Below are positions 61,294-64,000 of a DNA stretch of 64,000 bases, piece by piece. The notes beneath the pieces were generated by a model. It saw only the letters and a list, made by a program, of their open reading frames with translations, was not told where the DNA came from and did no database searches. Position 1 is the first letter of the stretch; each line of letters begins with the position of its first letter. Both the position numbers and the translations under genes were made by a program. The DNA comes from the human T2T-CHM13v2.0 reference genome, Homo sapiens. The DNA lies in NCBI RefSeq assembly GCF_009914755.1, contig NC_060929.1. One strand, given 5' to 3'.

Positions 61294-61937
61294 AAAAAAA
61301 ATTAACTTTGAAGATGACTGAAGACTAATGACAGATTAAACTATTAAACTGTATATAAGTATTGTACTTGTTTAGAGTCCAATTCATGAATTATTCGTTG
61401 CTCAGATAAACTCTTTTACATTTAATTTGTCTAAAGCTTTTATATTAACACACATAAGCGAGGGAGAAAGCTAGAATGAGCCTCATTTTTATGGATTAAG
61501 TTGGAAACATCAGTATGAATTCGTGTTTAGCTTAATGTAGAGAGTGATGGCTATGTGGAGAAATAATTCTAAACAATGTGTATGCAAAGGTTGGCAAACA
61601 CACATCTATTTCCTAGCCCTGCTCACCTAGGAAACCTGAGAGCAATGGCTTCCCACTAGCAATGAGTACAGCCAGCACCCACGTAGTAGTTTTTAATGCC
61701 ATTCACCGGTAAAAGGAACCAGAGTTTCTTGCAAAAATAGCTAATTTTAGGGCCGATTCTGAAATACACGTGATGAGCCAGGAGCATCTTCTAATGTCAG
61801 AAACTATGGAAGTGCTTTAAAAGATGACATGGTATGTCAAAGAGATGCACGAGACAACTGAAAGAGTTTCCAACTGCCAAAGCTTGTAATAGTATGTTAA
61901 ATAATGTAGTAATAGATTACAACCCAAAGCATAAATA

Positions 61938-62103
61938 CGTGCCTGTAATCCCAGCTACTCAGGAAGCTGAGGCAGGAGAATCGCTTGAACCTTGGTTGTG
62001 GAGGCTGCGGTGAGCCGAGATGGAGCCGCTGCACTCCAGCCTGGGCGACAGCGTGAGACTCCGTCTTAAAAAAAAAATCCCCAAAACAAAAAACAAAACA
62101 AAA
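61938..62103 (+). mobile_element. 5'-truncated Alu (right monomer only)
   Basis: cgtgcctgtaatcccagctactc...; TSD AAAG(C/T)ATAAATA. Confidence 0.9.
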
Positions 62104-63457
62104 AAAGTATAAATAAATATCCATGATTGTATACTGACACAAATAAATAATTGAATAAGTAAAGAAATGTAGAATAGATAAATCTACTATACAGAGAATT
62201 CCAAATAATCTACGTAGCTGCTCCCTCCTCAAGGTGATAGAGTATAACTGTACTCCTTATGTGTCTGTGGGGCTACATGTAGTAACCTGCTTCCAAAGAG
62301 TACAGAATGGGAATGGGGGAGTAACAAAGTAACTTTACAGTGAAGAAACCTGTCAGTCTTGTCAGGTGATAAAGGTTTATGGCATCAGAGATAAGTTGTT
62401 AGCATAAACTCTTGATGTGTTGTGTTGAGAATGGCACTTTCATAACCCTAGGTTAGCTATGAGAAAAACCTCAGCCAAATTCGAATTGAGGGACATTGTA
62501 CAAAACACCCAACAGGTAAACCTCAAAACTCAAGGTCATATAAAACAAGAAAAATGTAAGAAACTGTCACAGCTAAGAGGAGCCGTAGGAGACATGATGA
62601 CTCAATGTAGTGTGGGATCCTGGAATAGAAAAGTGACATTAGAGAAAAATTAGGAAATCTGATAATGCGTGTTCTTTAGTTAAGATATATTACTATGTAG
62701 AGAGTTACCCAGAAAGCAGGATTTGACTGGTTAACAGCCCCAAACTAAGAAGTACCTTTGGTGAGACAAAAGCCTCCTGTGGGCAGGGAGATGCGTGGTG
62801 GAGTGGGGTGGTCTGGATACCTGGACTGGGAGAAGAAAGGATTGAGGAACTAAAGTAGAGCTCTATTATGGGATGTAGACTTTGCTCCAGCTGGGTGCTG
62901 TAAAATCTTGAGAATGAATCAGCTGCAAGGATTCAAAGCCAGAGCGCAATGCAAAGGCTCTTCATTGATGAGTGACTAAGAGACAGCATATAGCTGTGTA
63001 GGATTTGTCAGAGTCTCGCTTTCTGTTACTTTGGAATCCTGGAAAAACTAGAATCTCTACAGCTCAAAGTTAGTCTGGAAAGTTTGGGCAATGGAAACAT
63101 GCTTTACATTGAGTTCTGAAGGTTAGAACATGTATGAATTGTTGAAGTTAAGCTATGGGGGGTCCTTGTAAATGAGAATTAGGCACAGATAAACAGGTGG
63201 CAATCATCTGGCTTGTTTGGCTAAAATAGAGCAGACCAGTCTGGCTGTGACACTAGGAGAAATCAATTTGATTTGAATGTTGGGGGAATCAATAGAAAGA
63301 AATCATAAAATGGCCAGTGGTGTATTTATATAAAGTTGATGAGTTTATATTCTATTATCAGAGAAATTGTAAACGGTTTTTCCCTGGAGAATACATGTTT
63401 CACTCTTTTTGAATATTTTTCTGTTATGTAAGGTACTTTAATTTGATACAAAGGGAT

Positions 63458-64000
63458 TGTGATATTGTGAAATATTGTACTTGGTTTTCATCACTGTTTC
63501 CTGACATGCAGTTCCTAAAACCCTTGCCATCTCCAGTGGTATGTGTCTTTTATATGCTAATGAGGTGGCTTGTGGCTAGGATGGGGGCTAGTCACCCAAG
63601 ACCAAGGCATGGTTAGAAGATTGGAACTTTCAACCCCATCGCCCAACTTCCTTTAACCTTTATGGAGGGGAGAGGGACTGAAAGTTGAGTTGATCACCAA
63701 TGGCCAATGATGCAATCAGTTATGCCTATGTAATGGAACCTCCATAAAAGCCCCATAGAGCAGGGTTTGGAGAGCTTTGGATTGCTGAACGCATGGAGCT
63801 TTCTAATGGATGGTGTGTCCAGAGAGGGCACAGAAGCTCCAAGCTCCTTCTCACATACCTTGCCCTTTGCATTTCTTTCCTCCGGTTGTTCATCAATATC
63901 TTTTGTAACATTCTTTATTAATAAACCAGTAAAATGTAAGTGTTTCCATGAATTCTGTGAGCCATCATGGGAAATTAATCAATTCAAGGAAAGGAGTTGT
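63458..64000. mobile_element. MER21-type LTR running off the window
   Basis: tgtgatattgtgaaata...gaccaaggcatggttag...ttgatcaccaatggccaatga matches recalled MER21B. Confidence 0.8.

Larger units (their letters stand above)
60229..61450 (+). mobile_element. MER57-family ERV1 solo LTR, interrupted at about 60519-61370
   Basis: TGTTAAA start, multiple CCAATC boxes, TATAAAA at 60466, ...tttaatttgtctaaag...TTAACA end; 4-bp TSD CACA. Confidence 0.8.
59175..62695 (+). mobile_element. L1MD/MC-type 3' region hosting nested insertions
   Basis: atgctcacacaaaagcctgcacatgaatgttcatagcag; gcaatgagtacagccagcaccca...aaaaggaaccagag; gacatgatgactcaatgtagtgtgggatcctgga. Confidence 0.8.

Overview
Primate (human-like) AT-rich intergenic or deep-intronic DNA with no recognisable intact cellular protein-coding exon. 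Transposable elements cover much of it: a full-length but disabled L1PA3-type LINE-1 (18133-24303, minus strand, 16-bp TSD), about 15 Alus, THE1/MST/MLT/MER57/MER21 LTRs, old L1M/L2 pieces and several DNA transposons. The non-routine items are: (1) an old 5'-truncated processed pseudogene of COPS6 inside an L2 (16255-16663); (2) a 98-bp near-perfect inverted repeat in unique sequence (38443-38540); (3) a nested cluster at 59.2-62.7 kb in which a local L1 junction was copied into a neighbouring LTR and then hit by a THE1 LTR and an AluY. Subfamily names come from recalled consensus features, not a database search. I found no evidence for a new multi-gene biological system.
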